64,000 nucleotides of DNA from Bacteroidales bacterium (GCA_017412115.1 JAFPYR010000098.1:101171-165170); one strand, 5' to 3'; counted from the stretch's first letter, positions 35,423-45,490 are shown. Notes: generated from the sequence alone by a model not told the origin. Translations and numbers: made by a program.

Positions 35423-37651
35423 ATGGGATTGACAAAACATAATATTTGCACTTTGCTGTTGGTGCTGTGCTGTTCGTTGTTTTCGTATGCCGAGAATACG
35501 GACTCTAAACAGTTGGACAGCTTGGATGCTAAGTTGCAAAAAAACTACGAATTAGGAGTTAAAGGTAAAGAAAACCTTGAAATTTTACGCAAATTGTATG
35601 ATTTGACAAAAATTTCAGAGCCTTATTTGGCTTTGGAATATGCAGGTCAGGCGATGCAGTTTGCAGTATCAGAATTCAGCAAATCCGTTCAAGCGGAATG
35701 GGCTGAGGCCATTGCCGACATCTATTTTGAACAAAAAGTCTACTATCTGGCAATGGAAGATTATTTCCAAGCCTATTCACTCTATTTGACCGACGGCGAA
35801 TCTGAAAGATCAGCATACGCCTTGCTAAAATACGGCGATACGTATTTTATTCAAAACGTGGAAGACGTGGCAATGAGCAATTACACAAAAGCTGACAGTA
35901 TTTTTATGGTCTGCTCTTGCATGGAAGGGCATGCCGCTGCTATGGACAGAATCGGTCAGGTAGAACTCAACCGCTATCAATACGACAAAGCATTAGCTTT
36001 CTTTAATGATGCCTTGACTATAAGTCAAAACATTAAAAATCAGAAACTTGTGGCGGAAACTTACCGTTACATGGCTTCCGTTTACGATCAAAACGAAGAC
36101 TACGAAAACGAAGAAAAATATCTTAACAACGCCGTAACAAAATATCGTCTTGCCGGTGATAAATACGAAATGGCAAAAACGTATTATATGCTCGGTGAAA
36201 TGCACCTCAAAAACGAGGATTACAACGAAGCGTTTATAATGTTTATGCGCTCTTACAATATTTTTCAGAATTTCGGAAATATAACTTACGTTGCCTCTGT
36301 AAACAACAAATTAGGTCGCATAAGTTATATCAAAGACGATCTTCGCAATGCCGAGAAAAAAGCATTGGAGGCTCTTGAGGCTGCCGATCAAAATCAATGG
36401 CTGAAAGAAAAAACCGAAGCCTTGCTCCTACTTGCCGATATCAACAACAAAAAAGGCAAAATAGAAAGCGCATACGATTATCTTTCACGCTTTACTATTG
36501 CTAACGACTCTTTGTACGAGGCAAAAAAAGCTGAAAGTTTTTCGGAGCTTCAAGTTTCAATCACTACGAAAGACAAGGAAAAAGAACTCGCAATTTACGA
36601 ACAAACATTGCAGAAAAACAAAATCATTACCTCTATTATAATCGCAGTAGCTGCGTTAATAGTATTGTTTATGATTTACGTTTTTCTAAACTCAAGAAAA
36701 ATCAAAAAAGTAAACAACCTTCTTACTACCAAAAACGAGGAAATCAATTCGCAAAAAGACGAAATCTTACGTCAAAAAGAAATTGTGGATGAGTTTAACG
36801 CCGAAATCCGCCTCAGAAACCATGAAATTGAGGAAATTAATCAATCAATTACCTCATCAATCAACTATGCGGCAAGGATTCAGAAAGCATCGCTGCCGCA
36901 CATAGATTTCATTAAAAAGCATTTTTCTGACGGATACGTATATTTTCACCCAAAAGAAATTGTCAGCGGTGATTTTTATTGGTTTTCGGAAGTTAAAACA
37001 CAACGCCCGCCGTCGCTTTTCCGCAGAAAAGATGCCGACGAGGACGAAAGCAACAAACTTATCGTAGCAATCATCGACTGTACGGGACACGGTGTCCCCG
37101 GTGCATTTATGAGTATGTTAGGCGATGCGTTCTTAAATCAAATCGTTAATCTTCAGAAAATTACAGAGCCGGATTTGATTCTCAACGAATTGCATAAACT
37201 CGTAAGGTCTACGCTTCAGCAAGAAACCACTGAAAACAACGACGGTATGGATGCCGCTATTTGCGTTATCGACAAAGCCGCTAAAAAATTAGCCTTTGCC
37301 GGTGCTAAAAATCCGCTTATCATAGTTCAAAACGATAAAGTTGAAAAAGTAAACGGCGATATAAAATCTATCGGCGGAATACAGAAAGAAGACCAAAGAG
37401 TTTTCACAAAACACGAAATAGATATTTCGATTCCGACCACTTTCTATATCTATTCTGACGGCTACCAAGACCAATTCGGCGGCAAAGAAGGCAGAAAACT
37501 CATGGCTAAACCTTTCCGTGATTTGCTGACCTCAAAATATAACGCCCCGTTTGAAGAACAAGAAAAAATGCTTTTTGATTTCTTCAACAAATGGCGTGAA
37601 GAAAGGGTTCAAATGGACGATACAACTGTTATCGGCATTAAGATTTGGTAG
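35423..37651 (+). CDS. TPR-repeat sensor with one TM segment and a C-terminal PP2C/SpoIIE-type serine phosphatase domain
   Basis: Signal/anchor sequence, multiple TPR-like helical repeats, TM IITSIIIAVAALIVLFMIYVF, a coiled coil, and PP2C motifs SGDFYWF, IDCTGHGVPGAFMS, DGMD, SDGYQDQFGG and DDTTVIGIKI. Confidence 0.85.
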   Translation: MGLTKHNICTLLLVLCCSLFSYAENTDSKQLDSLDAKLQKNYELGVKGKENLEILRKLYDLTKISEPYLALEYAGQAMQFAVSEFSKSVQAEWAEAIADIYFEQKVYYLAMEDYFQAYSLYLTDGESERSAYALLKYGDTYFIQNVEDVAMSNYTKADSIFMVCSCMEGHAAAMDRIGQVELNRYQYDKALAFFNDALTISQNIKNQKLVAETYRYMASVYDQNEDYENEEKYLNNAVTKYRLAGDKYEMAKTYYMLGEMHLKNEDYNEAFIMFMRSYNIFQNFGNITYVASVNNKLGRISYIKDDLRNAEKKALEALEAADQNQWLKEKTEALLLLADINNKKGKIESAYDYLSRFTIANDSLYEAKKAESFSELQVSITTKDKEKELAIYEQTLQKNKIITSIIIAVAALIVLFMIYVFLNSRKIKKVNNLLTTKNEEINSQKDEILRQKEIVDEFNAEIRLRNHEIEEINQSITSSINYAARIQKASLPHIDFIKKHFSDGYVYFHPKEIVSGDFYWFSEVKTQRPPSLFRRKDADEDESNKLIVAIIDCTGHGVPGAFMSMLGDAFLNQIVNLQKITEPDLILNELHKLVRSTLQQETTENNDGMDAAICVIDKAAKKLAFAGAKNPLIIVQNDKVEKVNGDIKSIGGIQKEDQRVFTKHEIDISIPTTFYIYSDGYQDQFGGKEGRKLMAKPFRDLLTSKYNAPFEEQEKMLFDFFNKWREERVQMDDTTVIGIKIW

Positions 37652-38270
37652 AAAAATACTTGCAAACCGCTGTAAGCCCGCATTCAGGGCATAGCGGTTT
37701 TCTTGCTTTACAAACATAACGACCGTGAAGAATAAGCCAATGATGCGCCCGTGTTAAAACATCTTTTTCAAAACCCTGTTCCAATTGTTTCTCGGCTTGA
37801 AGCGGTGTTTTGGCGTTTTGTGTCAATCCCAAACGAGCTGAAACCCTAAAAACATGAGTATCTACGGGCATAACTTTAGCACCGAAAAGCACTGAGGCCA
37901 CAACATTAGCGGTTTTAGGACCAACACCGGGAAGTTTTTGCAAGTCATCAACCGTTTTAGGCACTTGACCATGAAAATCCTCTATCAACATTTTCGCTAT
38001 GCCCAAAACGTCTTTCGTCTTGGAATTGGGATACGAAATAGATTTTAAATACGGGAAAATCGTCTCAAAATCAGCATTATAAACCGATTGAGCATCGGGA
38101 AAATCCTTAAAAAAAATTTTTGTAACCTGATTAACCCTTTTGTCAGTACACTGCGCGGAAAGCCTAACAGCAACAAGCAGTTGAAAAGGCGTATCAAATT
38201 TCAACTCCGTTTCCGCAACCGGCATTTTTATAGAAAAATAATCCGTTACAGTTTTATAAAGCTTATTCAT
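37638..38270 (-). CDS. nth: Endonuclease III (DNA glycosylase/AP lyase)
   Basis: HhH-GPD motif LQKLPGVGPKTANVVASV, catalytic-region PVDTHV, and FeS cluster CKARKPLCPECGLTAVC. ATG 38270 (MNKLYK) is preferred over 38318. Confidence 0.9.
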   Translation of the reverse strand: MNKLYKTVTDYFSIKMPVAETELKFDTPFQLLVAVRLSAQCTDKRVNQVTKIFFKDFPDAQSVYNADFETIFPYLKSISYPNSKTKDVLGIAKMLIEDFHGQVPKTVDDLQKLPGVGPKTANVVASVLFGAKVMPVDTHVFRVSARLGLTQNAKTPLQAEKQLEQGFEKDVLTRAHHWLILHGRYVCKARKPLCPECGLTAVCKYFSTKS

Positions 38271-38375
38271 AGTTTTTTTGTTTTTTAACAAAGGTAACAA
38301 AAAAAATAAAACGAACAAAATTTTTAACCGCTACACTTTTTAGTCGGACTTTTTGGAAATGTCAATTTTAAGGCG

Positions 38376-38383
38376 TATATTTG
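38376..38383 (+). promoter_or_regulatory. Candidate -7 element tatatttg upstream of the pseudogene
   Basis: It matches TAnnTTTG 32 nt upstream of ATG 38415. Confidence 0.35.
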
Positions 38384-38414
38384 CAGTGATAAAAAACCCA
38401 AAAAACAAAACACC

Positions 38415-38926
38415 ATGATAAGATATGTCTTAGAAGAACTTTACGAATGGAAAAATAAACCGAATAGAAATAAAATACTTTTATGAACTCCTACCCAAGC
38501 AACCTGTCATAGCTGCCGGCTCACTATTAGGAATAGCAACTCACCAAAACGATAGTTTCCCGGTCGGAAAAGTAGACTTTGTAAATGTTTATCCGCTATC
38601 GTTTTGGGAATTTTTAGAGGCCGTAGGAAAAGGTCAATTCGTAAATGTCATCAAACAACAAAATTGGCAAATGCTTTCGCCGTTTGAAACCCAATTAAAA
38701 GATTTACTACGCCTATATTTTTTCATAGGCGGAATGCCGGAAGTCGTAAAATGTTTTCCCTATTGAAGTAAAAGCCGAAGAAAATTTACAAGCAAAAAGT
38801 TTAAAAATTTTTGTCCAAAAAAATCAGGGACTTCACGGCATAAGATTTTCAATGTCGCCATATAGAGAACAAGAATGGCTGACAAATTATCCGCTATATG
38901 CCGTAAATTGTTTTCAAAACTTATAA
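38415..38926 (+). pseudogene. Decayed AAA-family ATPase (DUF4143-type) gene remnant in three frames
   Basis: Fragment 1 is MIRYVLEELYEWKNKPNRNKILL*, with the P-loop region missing. Fragment 2 (from 38485) is ELLPKQPVIAAGSLLGIA...FFIGGMPEVVKCFPY*. Fragment 3 is IEVKAEENLQAKSLKIF...NYPLYAVNCFQNL*. Together these are the N-terminus, middle and C-terminus of a ~400-aa family, joined by deletions and frameshifts. Confidence 0.75.
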
Positions 38927-38985
38927 AATTTTCCGCCTACTATATTAATTTATTGTTATTTTTACACTCATCTTTCACCCCTTAC

Positions 38986-39049
38986 ATATCATTCAAAATA
39001 CCATAACAAACCGTTCAAGAACGATTTATATGGGCATTTTGAATGATAT
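38986..39049. promoter_or_regulatory. 14-bp perfect inverted repeat pair upstream of the second PUL
   Basis: atatcattcaaaat (38986-38999) and attttgaatgatat (39036-39049) are separated by 36 nt. They end about 30 nt upstream of a -7-like tatatttg (39078-39085). Confidence 0.35.
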
Positions 39050-39129
39050 ATTGTGGATAATGTTAAGTTTTTGCATATATATTTGCGACATAAAAAAAGA
39101 ATCGTTTTTTTTAAAAAATCACACAAAAT

Positions 39130-40695
39130 ATGAGAAAAACACTTTTTAATCCTAAAACATTTATTGCCGCCCTTATGCTCTCGGGCGCAATAATTGCGGG
39201 TTGCGGCGACGACGAAAAAAGTTTCTCTGCCGTAGACAATCAAAACCCAACAATCTCTCTTGAAAACGAAACTATTCACTGGGAGTTTGCAAAAGAGTTC
39301 AGAATAAAAGCTAAAATTGACGATGCTGACGGTATCAAAACAATCAACCTCAAAAATTCTGATTTGTTTCTGAACAATACTATCAACATCTTAAAACTTA
39401 AAGGCTCTGACTGCAAAAGTTATGACCTTGATTACAAATTCACTGCTCCCGATACGCTTAAAAGCGAATCGTTCCCTATCGTGATTACTGTTGAAGACTT
39501 GGTCGGAAATGTTTCTTCGGCTACTTTCACCGCTAATATGGACGGTGATTTCACGAATCCGAAATTCACATCAGAGCCCGGCGACATTATCAACGTTATC
39601 ATGCCGTCGTTCAATCTGAAATTTGCTGTTTCAGACAACAATGTAATTAAGAGAATCACGGTAAAATTCCCCGACTTGAATATTGATGAGGAAATATCAA
39701 ACGATACCAAAGAATATGAATACAAAAAACGTATCGAACTCGGTTCAGAAGACCGCGATTACGAAGGTGTTATTGCTGCATACGACGCTTTTGACAACAA
39801 AGTGGAAAAAGGAATCACAATCTCGAAAGGCGGACTCAAGGACTACGAAAGAATGTATCTCAGCGACGTAAAGAATGAAGCTGACCTGACGACAGACGTC
39901 TGCGGAGTTCCAATGCTTGTTAACCATTCCGGCGAATTTGAATACACGGCTTTTTACTACAACGAAACAGCCGGAACTGAAATCCGCTTTATTCCGCAAA
40001 AAAACTCGTTTGAGCCTATTTGCTTTGGTTTGAACCCGTCAAACAATAAAATTCTGACCCCGGATCCGGACGAAGCGCAACCGATTGTTCTTGACGAAGA
40101 GGGTGTTTATTACAAGATAGTTTTCAATACAAAGCAATACACTTATACCACCAGCACTTACACCCTCGAAGAGGCGATTGATCCGTTGCCGCACGAATTG
40201 GGTAAACAAGAATGGAATCATTGGGAGAAAGGACATTGGGATTCTGAAAATGGAGTATGGATTGACGATGGAGACGAGAAAATAACATGGGATGTTTTCA
40301 GAATAGGTGCGATGACAAACCATCCTGAAGATATTAAGGAAGGATATGAATTTCAGTACAATCCCAAAAATAAACATATTATCCAGATTCTTGGTTTGGA
40401 ACTTGAAGCTGGTTCTTTCAATTTCCATCCTCACATCATACACACAAATGAATGGTGGGATTATGCAAGCTGGAAACCTGAAATGGCAACTAAAAAAGAT
40501 CCTGAAATTTGGGTGTGGAATGGGAAATATACAAAACCGGGTTATAATAATGCGACCACTTCTTATAACAACAATGTAGAAGTAGAAAATCCAGGAGGTC
40601 ATGCGGAACTTACAATTCCTAAGACAGGTAAATATGATATTATTTTCGATATTCACTTGGGGCGTATGAAAATTATTCCTTCTGTATCTAAATAA
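39130..40695 (+). CDS. PUL-associated surface lipoprotein with tandem Ig-like domains, hypothetical glycan-binding protein
   Basis: Lipobox LSGAIIAGC. Two similar ~100-aa beta-rich modules (DADGIKTINLKN.. / DNNVIKRITVKF..). A Trp-rich C-terminal domain. It lies immediately upstream of SusC. Confidence 0.6.
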   Translation: MRKTLFNPKTFIAALMLSGAIIAGCGDDEKSFSAVDNQNPTISLENETIHWEFAKEFRIKAKIDDADGIKTINLKNSDLFLNNTINILKLKGSDCKSYDLDYKFTAPDTLKSESFPIVITVEDLVGNVSSATFTANMDGDFTNPKFTSEPGDIINVIMPSFNLKFAVSDNNVIKRITVKFPDLNIDEEISNDTKEYEYKKRIELGSEDRDYEGVIAAYDAFDNKVEKGITISKGGLKDYERMYLSDVKNEADLTTDVCGVPMLVNHSGEFEYTAFYYNETAGTEIRFIPQKNSFEPICFGLNPSNNKILTPDPDEAQPIVLDEEGVYYKIVFNTKQYTYTTSTYTLEEAIDPLPHELGKQEWNHWEKGHWDSENGVWIDDGDEKITWDVFRIGAMTNHPEDIKEGYEFQYNPKNKHIIQILGLELEAGSFNFHPHIIHTNEWWDYASWKPEMATKKDPEIWVWNGKYTKPGYNNATTSYNNNVEVENPGGHAELTIPKTGKYDIIFDIHLGRMKIIPSVSK

Positions 40696-40730
40696 AAAAT
40701 TATTGTTTGAATAAATAACGATATAAAGAT

Positions 40731-43700
40731 ATGAAAAAAATATTATCATTATTAACGTTAATGTTGATTACCACTTGCCTTTTTGCGCAAAATATCACAT
40801 TAACCGGTAAAGTAAAGGACAAAAACGGTGAAATCCTTATTGGTGCCGTCGTTTTGGAAAAAGGCACAACTAACGGTACTATAACCGACGTTGATGGTAA
40901 TTATATGATTATCATTCCCGCAGATGCCGTTGTAGAATGTTCTATGCTGGGTTTTAGAACAGAATCCATAAAAATCGGTGAAGGTATGACCAAACTCGAT
41001 TTCATACTTCAAGATGATACAAAAGACTTAGAAGAGGTTGTTGTTATCGGTTATGGTACAGCAAAAAAATCCGATTTAACATCAAGTATTTCGTCGGTTT
41101 CGGCTGAAGATGTAACATCTTTTAATTCCGGCAATGCGATGAACGCTTTACAATCAAAAGTAAACGGCGTACAAATCACTTCAACCGGTCAGCCGGGAGC
41201 AACACCGAGGGTTATTATCCGCGGTGTAACCACCGTAAACGGTTCAAATCCACTTTACGTTGTAGACGGTATGCCCGTTGGCGACAACATCAACTTCCTT
41301 AACCCCGAAGACATCGAGTCAATGGAAGTCTTGAAAGACGCTTCGGCTTCGGCTATTTACGGTACAAGAGCTTCAAACGGCGTTGTACTTATTACGACTA
41401 AAAAAGGTAAAAAAGGTCAGGTTCAGTTTCAATTCAGTTCGTCTTTGGGTTTAAGCGTTATCGGCGATCCCGGTATGGCAAAAGCCTCTGAATACGAGAA
41501 AGTTTACAAAACCCGTTACACCAACGACAATCAAGTCTCGCCATACAAAGGCATTAACAACATCACAGATGCGGAAGGCACTGATTGGTGGAATGAAACA
41601 GTTGAAAAATACGCCATAACCCAAAACTACAATATCGGATTTCAAGGCGGAACAGACAATATGATATATTCTGGCTCTTTCGGTTATTACCGCTCCAATT
41701 CGCACTACAACTACGGATACTGGGAAAAATTTACTGGCAGACTCAATGTTGAATACAATTTCTTTAGCGATCATCTTAAAATCGGTACGGAATTCTCTCC
41801 GAAACTCGAGCGTTGGGACGATACTCCTGATTTGATGAGAGCGGCAATGACAATGGATCCAACGACTTCTATTTTTCGCTCGGACTATCAGGAAATTAGC
41901 AACGAATACTCTTGGTATTCACGCTCCAACAACAATAGTGAATGGAATCCTGTGGCAAGTCTCAAACGCATGAGCGCACACTCCGATGAATATGGTCTTC
42001 TAATGAGTCCCTACATCAATATCGAAATTATAAAAGGACTCTCTGTCCGTTCTCAATTTGGAGACAATGCAAGATTCAGAATAACAAATAATTTTGAACC
42101 GTCGTTTTTTATTGACGCAAAAGAGTCAAGAGACGTAAATCTGGCTACAAGAAATAGCAAGATGTGGAATGATTGGAACTGGACAAACACTTTGAATTAT
42201 CAAAATATATTTGCAGAAAGACACAGTCTGAACTTGATGGCAGGTTATACAATGGAGAAATTCGCATATTATTGGCTTACCGGCAGCCGTGATAACATAC
42301 CTTCAAACAACGAAAGCTTGCGTTATGTTACAGCTGGAACAGGCAAAGAAAATGCCGACGGTTCAGATGAATTTTCAACTCTCGTATCATACCTCGGACG
42401 TGTAATGTACAACTTTGACTCTCGCTACTATTTAACCGCAAGTGTACGTTTTGACGGTTCATCTAAATTCATGGAAGGCAACAAATATGCGACATTTCCG
42501 GCGGTAAGTGCGGCATGGAGAATTTCGGGAGAAGAGTTTATGAAATCTCAGAAAATATTCACTAATTTGAAACTACGTTTGGGTTGGGGTAAAGTCGGTA
42601 ACCAGTCTATCAGCAACGATGCATATCTATCAAAAGTAGGTCCTACATACTACGTGGTAAACGGCGAGGTTGTAACTGGTTCTTTAATAAGCTCCACTGC
42701 AAACCCCCAAATTCGATGGGAAAAAGTTGAAGATTATAATATCGGCTTGGATATGGGATTCTTGAAAGACCGTTTGAATGTTATTATGGAACTCTACAAG
42801 AAGAAAACTCACGATATGCTGTTGGAAGAATCCCACATTTTGCTTGCCGGACTTCCAAATTGGGACGGCAGAATCTGGACAAACATCGGAAGTATGGAAG
42901 CAAACGGCTGGGAGCTTTCCGTAAAATGGAATGATCAGGTAAAAAAAGATTTCTCTTATGAAGTAGGAGTAAATCTCTCTGGTGTTAAGAACATAGCGAA
43001 AGACCTTGGTATTTCCGCTCCGATAGAGAGACATGATTTTGGCGGCAGTTTCATCATCCGCAACGAATCTGATGCTGAAATTTCGAGATTCTTCGGATAC
43101 AAATGTATCGGAATATTCCAGAATTGGGAAGATGTTACTTCTTATGCTAACGAACACGGAGAACTGTTGCAGCCGAAAGCCATGCCGGGTGATTTAATTT
43201 TTGAGGACATAAACAATGACGGTGTTATTGATGTAAACGACAGAACATTCATTGGCAACGCTTTTCCTAAACTTTATATGGGCATCAATCTCGGATTAAA
43301 CTATAAAAATTGGGATTTTGCAATGAATTTTTACGGAACATTCGGTAATGATATTTTCAACAAGACCAGAGGCTATTATTCAGGCGTTTCAGGTCAGAAC
43401 GTATGGGCAGGAACATACGACAAAGCTTGGAGTCATGAGGGTCAGGACACAGATATTCCCAGACTCTCATACAACGATGCCAACAAAAACTACAGCACTG
43501 TCAGCGACTGGTTTATTGAGAACGGCTCGTATTTGCGCTGCAAACAAATCCAACTCGGCTACACTTTCCAGTTTGATTATGAAAAAACAAAAATTAACAA
43601 TTTAAGATTGTCGGTTTCGGCTCAGAATCCTTTTACAATTACGAAATACAGCGGTTTTGATCCTGAAACGGCTGCAACCGGATCTGTTACCGAAAGTGGT

Positions 43701-43763
43701 ATCGACAATGTTGCATATCCGAATACAAAAATTTTCTTATTCGGCGTTAATTTAAACTTTTAA
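40731..43763 (+). CDS. SusC/RagA-family TonB-dependent outer-membrane transporter
   Basis: Signal peptide. Carboxypeptidase-regulatory-like N-domain (ITLTGKVKDKNGEILIGAVV). Plug region (EVVVIGYGTAKKSDLTSSIS, ASAIYGTRASNGVVLITTKKG). C-terminal barrel ending ...LFGVNLNF. Confidence 0.93.
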   Translation: MKKILSLLTLMLITTCLFAQNITLTGKVKDKNGEILIGAVVLEKGTTNGTITDVDGNYMIIIPADAVVECSMLGFRTESIKIGEGMTKLDFILQDDTKDLEEVVVIGYGTAKKSDLTSSISSVSAEDVTSFNSGNAMNALQSKVNGVQITSTGQPGATPRVIIRGVTTVNGSNPLYVVDGMPVGDNINFLNPEDIESMEVLKDASASAIYGTRASNGVVLITTKKGKKGQVQFQFSSSLGLSVIGDPGMAKASEYEKVYKTRYTNDNQVSPYKGINNITDAEGTDWWNETVEKYAITQNYNIGFQGGTDNMIYSGSFGYYRSNSHYNYGYWEKFTGRLNVEYNFFSDHLKIGTEFSPKLERWDDTPDLMRAAMTMDPTTSIFRSDYQEISNEYSWYSRSNNNSEWNPVASLKRMSAHSDEYGLLMSPYINIEIIKGLSVRSQFGDNARFRITNNFEPSFFIDAKESRDVNLATRNSKMWNDWNWTNTLNYQNIFAERHSLNLMAGYTMEKFAYYWLTGSRDNIPSNNESLRYVTAGTGKENADGSDEFSTLVSYLGRVMYNFDSRYYLTASVRFDGSSKFMEGNKYATFPAVSAAWRISGEEFMKSQKIFTNLKLRLGWGKVGNQSISNDAYLSKVGPTYYVVNGEVVTGSLISSTANPQIRWEKVEDYNIGLDMGFLKDRLNVIMELYKKKTHDMLLEESHILLAGLPNWDGRIWTNIGSMEANGWELSVKWNDQVKKDFSYEVGVNLSGVKNIAKDLGISAPIERHDFGGSFIIRNESDAEISRFFGYKCIGIFQNWEDVTSYANEHGELLQPKAMPGDLIFEDINNDGVIDVNDRTFIGNAFPKLYMGINLGLNYKNWDFAMNFYGTFGNDIFNKTRGYYSGVSGQNVWAGTYDKAWSHEGQDTDIPRLSYNDANKNYSTVSDWFIENGSYLRCKQIQLGYTFQFDYEKTKINNLRLSVSAQNPFTITKYSGFDPETAATGSVTESGIDNVAYPNTKIFLFGVNLNF

Positions 43764-43796
43764 TTAATGAACAATTGTTTTAAAAACAAAGCGATT

Positions 43797-45419
43797 ATGA
43801 AAAAATTATTAAAATACGGCATAATAGCAACTTTTGCACTAAGCGGTTGCGCTGATGATTTCTTAACGCAAGAAGTGAAAGGAACTCAGATAGAAGACAA
43901 TTATTTTAACAACGAGGAAGAATGTTTAAAACAAATTTACGGTTGTTATGAGGCATTGGACTTTGATAGTTGGTGGCAGATATACAATACATACGTTCTT
44001 GCTGATATATGCACTGATGACAGTTGGATGAATAATACCGGTCAGGACAATTCTGGTTATTATGACCTCGCCACATATCAGGGAAAAACAGACAACAACA
44101 CTATTCTTAATTTTTGGCGCTCCCGCTATCAAGGTATCCGCCGCTGTAATATTGTTTTGGGATTTGTTCCTAACGTTACAAGTATCAGCGAGGAAAAGAA
44201 AAACAGAATAATTGCGGAAGCTAAATTTTTAAGAGCCTATCAATATTTTGAACTTGCAAGAAATTTTGGTGGTTTGCCTTTGATTTTAAGTAAGGAAATT
44301 GTAGACGACGCAAAGAATGTAAAACGCTCTACTTTGGATGAAACATACAGTCAAATTGAAAAAGACTTTTTGGAAGCAAGCGAGTATCTGCCTCTTAGGA
44401 GTCAGACCATAGCTTCAAAAGAGCTTGGACGGGCAACCAAAGGTGCTGCATTGGGTATGCTGGCAAAGACTTATCTATATCACGAAAAATACAATGACGC
44501 AGAAAAGTATTTAGACGAAGTCATAAACAGCGGAGAATACAACCTGCTTGAAAATTTTGAAAATGTTTGGAGCATAGATTACAACAATAGTGAGGAAAGT
44601 CTTTTTGAAATTCAAAATTCAGCAGACGAAGCACATAACACTGGTGAAATGATATCTGTTGTAACCGGTTCAAGGGATGATTTAACTAATGGTTGGGCAT
44701 GGAGCGGACCTACTTCCGATTTGGAAAACGCATTTGATTCGGAAGGGGATAAAATCAGAAAATACTGCACAATCATAAAAAACGGGGCTGTATCTGTTCC
44801 TGGAGAAGATGATAAGAGTGTTTACTATAGGGACAAAGATGACGATGAAAAACTTACCGGTTTTTTAATCGGAGTAAAGGACCACAAATGCGGACGCATA
44901 AACGCAAAGCTTTATATACCGATGGGAAAACGTAACACATCTTATTACGGAGAGGGTTATATTGGCTTGAATTACAGACTTTTGCGTTATGCAGACGTAC
45001 TTTTGATGGCTGCCGAAGTAAAAAATCAGTTAGGCAAAGATGATGAGGCTCAAAAATATTTGAATCAGGTTCGCTCAAGAGTGGAACTTGATGCTGTTAC
45101 TTCGACCGGTAACGAACTAAAAAAAGCTATCCGCAAAGAACGCCGTCTTGAACTTGCTATGGAAGGTAACCGTCTTTATGACATCCGCCGCTGGACAGAC
45201 GACAATGGCAAAAAAGTGGCTTGCAACTTGTTCGGACCTAACGGTTCTTGGGTGATATACAACACACAAATTTCAACAGACGAGTATGAAACTAATAACT
45301 TATTAGAACCACAGGACGAAGGCATCAATTTCAACGAGAACAGAGATTTGCTGTTCCCAATTCCGAATATAGAAATTGAACGCTCAAACGGCGTATTAGA
45401 ACAAAATCCGGGATATTAA
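43797..45419 (+). CDS. SusD/RagB-family glycan-binding lipoprotein
   Basis: It starts 33 nt after SusC. Lipobox FALSGC. Motifs RAYQYFELARNFGGLPL, LRYADVLLMAAE, RRLELAMEGNRLYDIRRW and PIPNIEIERSNG. Confidence 0.9.
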   Translation: MKKLLKYGIIATFALSGCADDFLTQEVKGTQIEDNYFNNEEECLKQIYGCYEALDFDSWWQIYNTYVLADICTDDSWMNNTGQDNSGYYDLATYQGKTDNNTILNFWRSRYQGIRRCNIVLGFVPNVTSISEEKKNRIIAEAKFLRAYQYFELARNFGGLPLILSKEIVDDAKNVKRSTLDETYSQIEKDFLEASEYLPLRSQTIASKELGRATKGAALGMLAKTYLYHEKYNDAEKYLDEVINSGEYNLLENFENVWSIDYNNSEESLFEIQNSADEAHNTGEMISVVTGSRDDLTNGWAWSGPTSDLENAFDSEGDKIRKYCTIIKNGAVSVPGEDDKSVYYRDKDDDEKLTGFLIGVKDHKCGRINAKLYIPMGKRNTSYYGEGYIGLNYRLLRYADVLLMAAEVKNQLGKDDEAQKYLNQVRSRVELDAVTSTGNELKKAIRKERRLELAMEGNRLYDIRRWTDDNGKKVACNLFGPNGSWVIYNTQISTDEYETNNLLEPQDEGINFNENRDLLFPIPNIEIERSNGVLEQNPGY

Positions 45420-45420
45420 A

Positions 45421-45463
45421 ATAATTGACGATTGATAATTGACAATTATCAATCGTCAATTGT
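45421..45463. repeat. Near-perfect 19+19-bp palindrome built from inverted AYAATTG-type heptamers
   Basis: aattgacgattgataattg (45423-45441), a centre nucleotide a, then caattatcaatcgtcaatt (45443-45461). It starts 2 nt after the SusD stop. Confidence 0.85.
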
Positions 45464-45490
45464 CAATTACAATTTAAAAAAGCAAAAGAT

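Noticed and set aside
40039-40749. 236-aa minus-strand ORF antisense to the PUL lipoprotein gene and the SusC start.
   Set aside because: It overlaps two well-supported plus-strand genes and has the low-complexity, Ile/Phe/Arg-rich composition typical of antisense frames.
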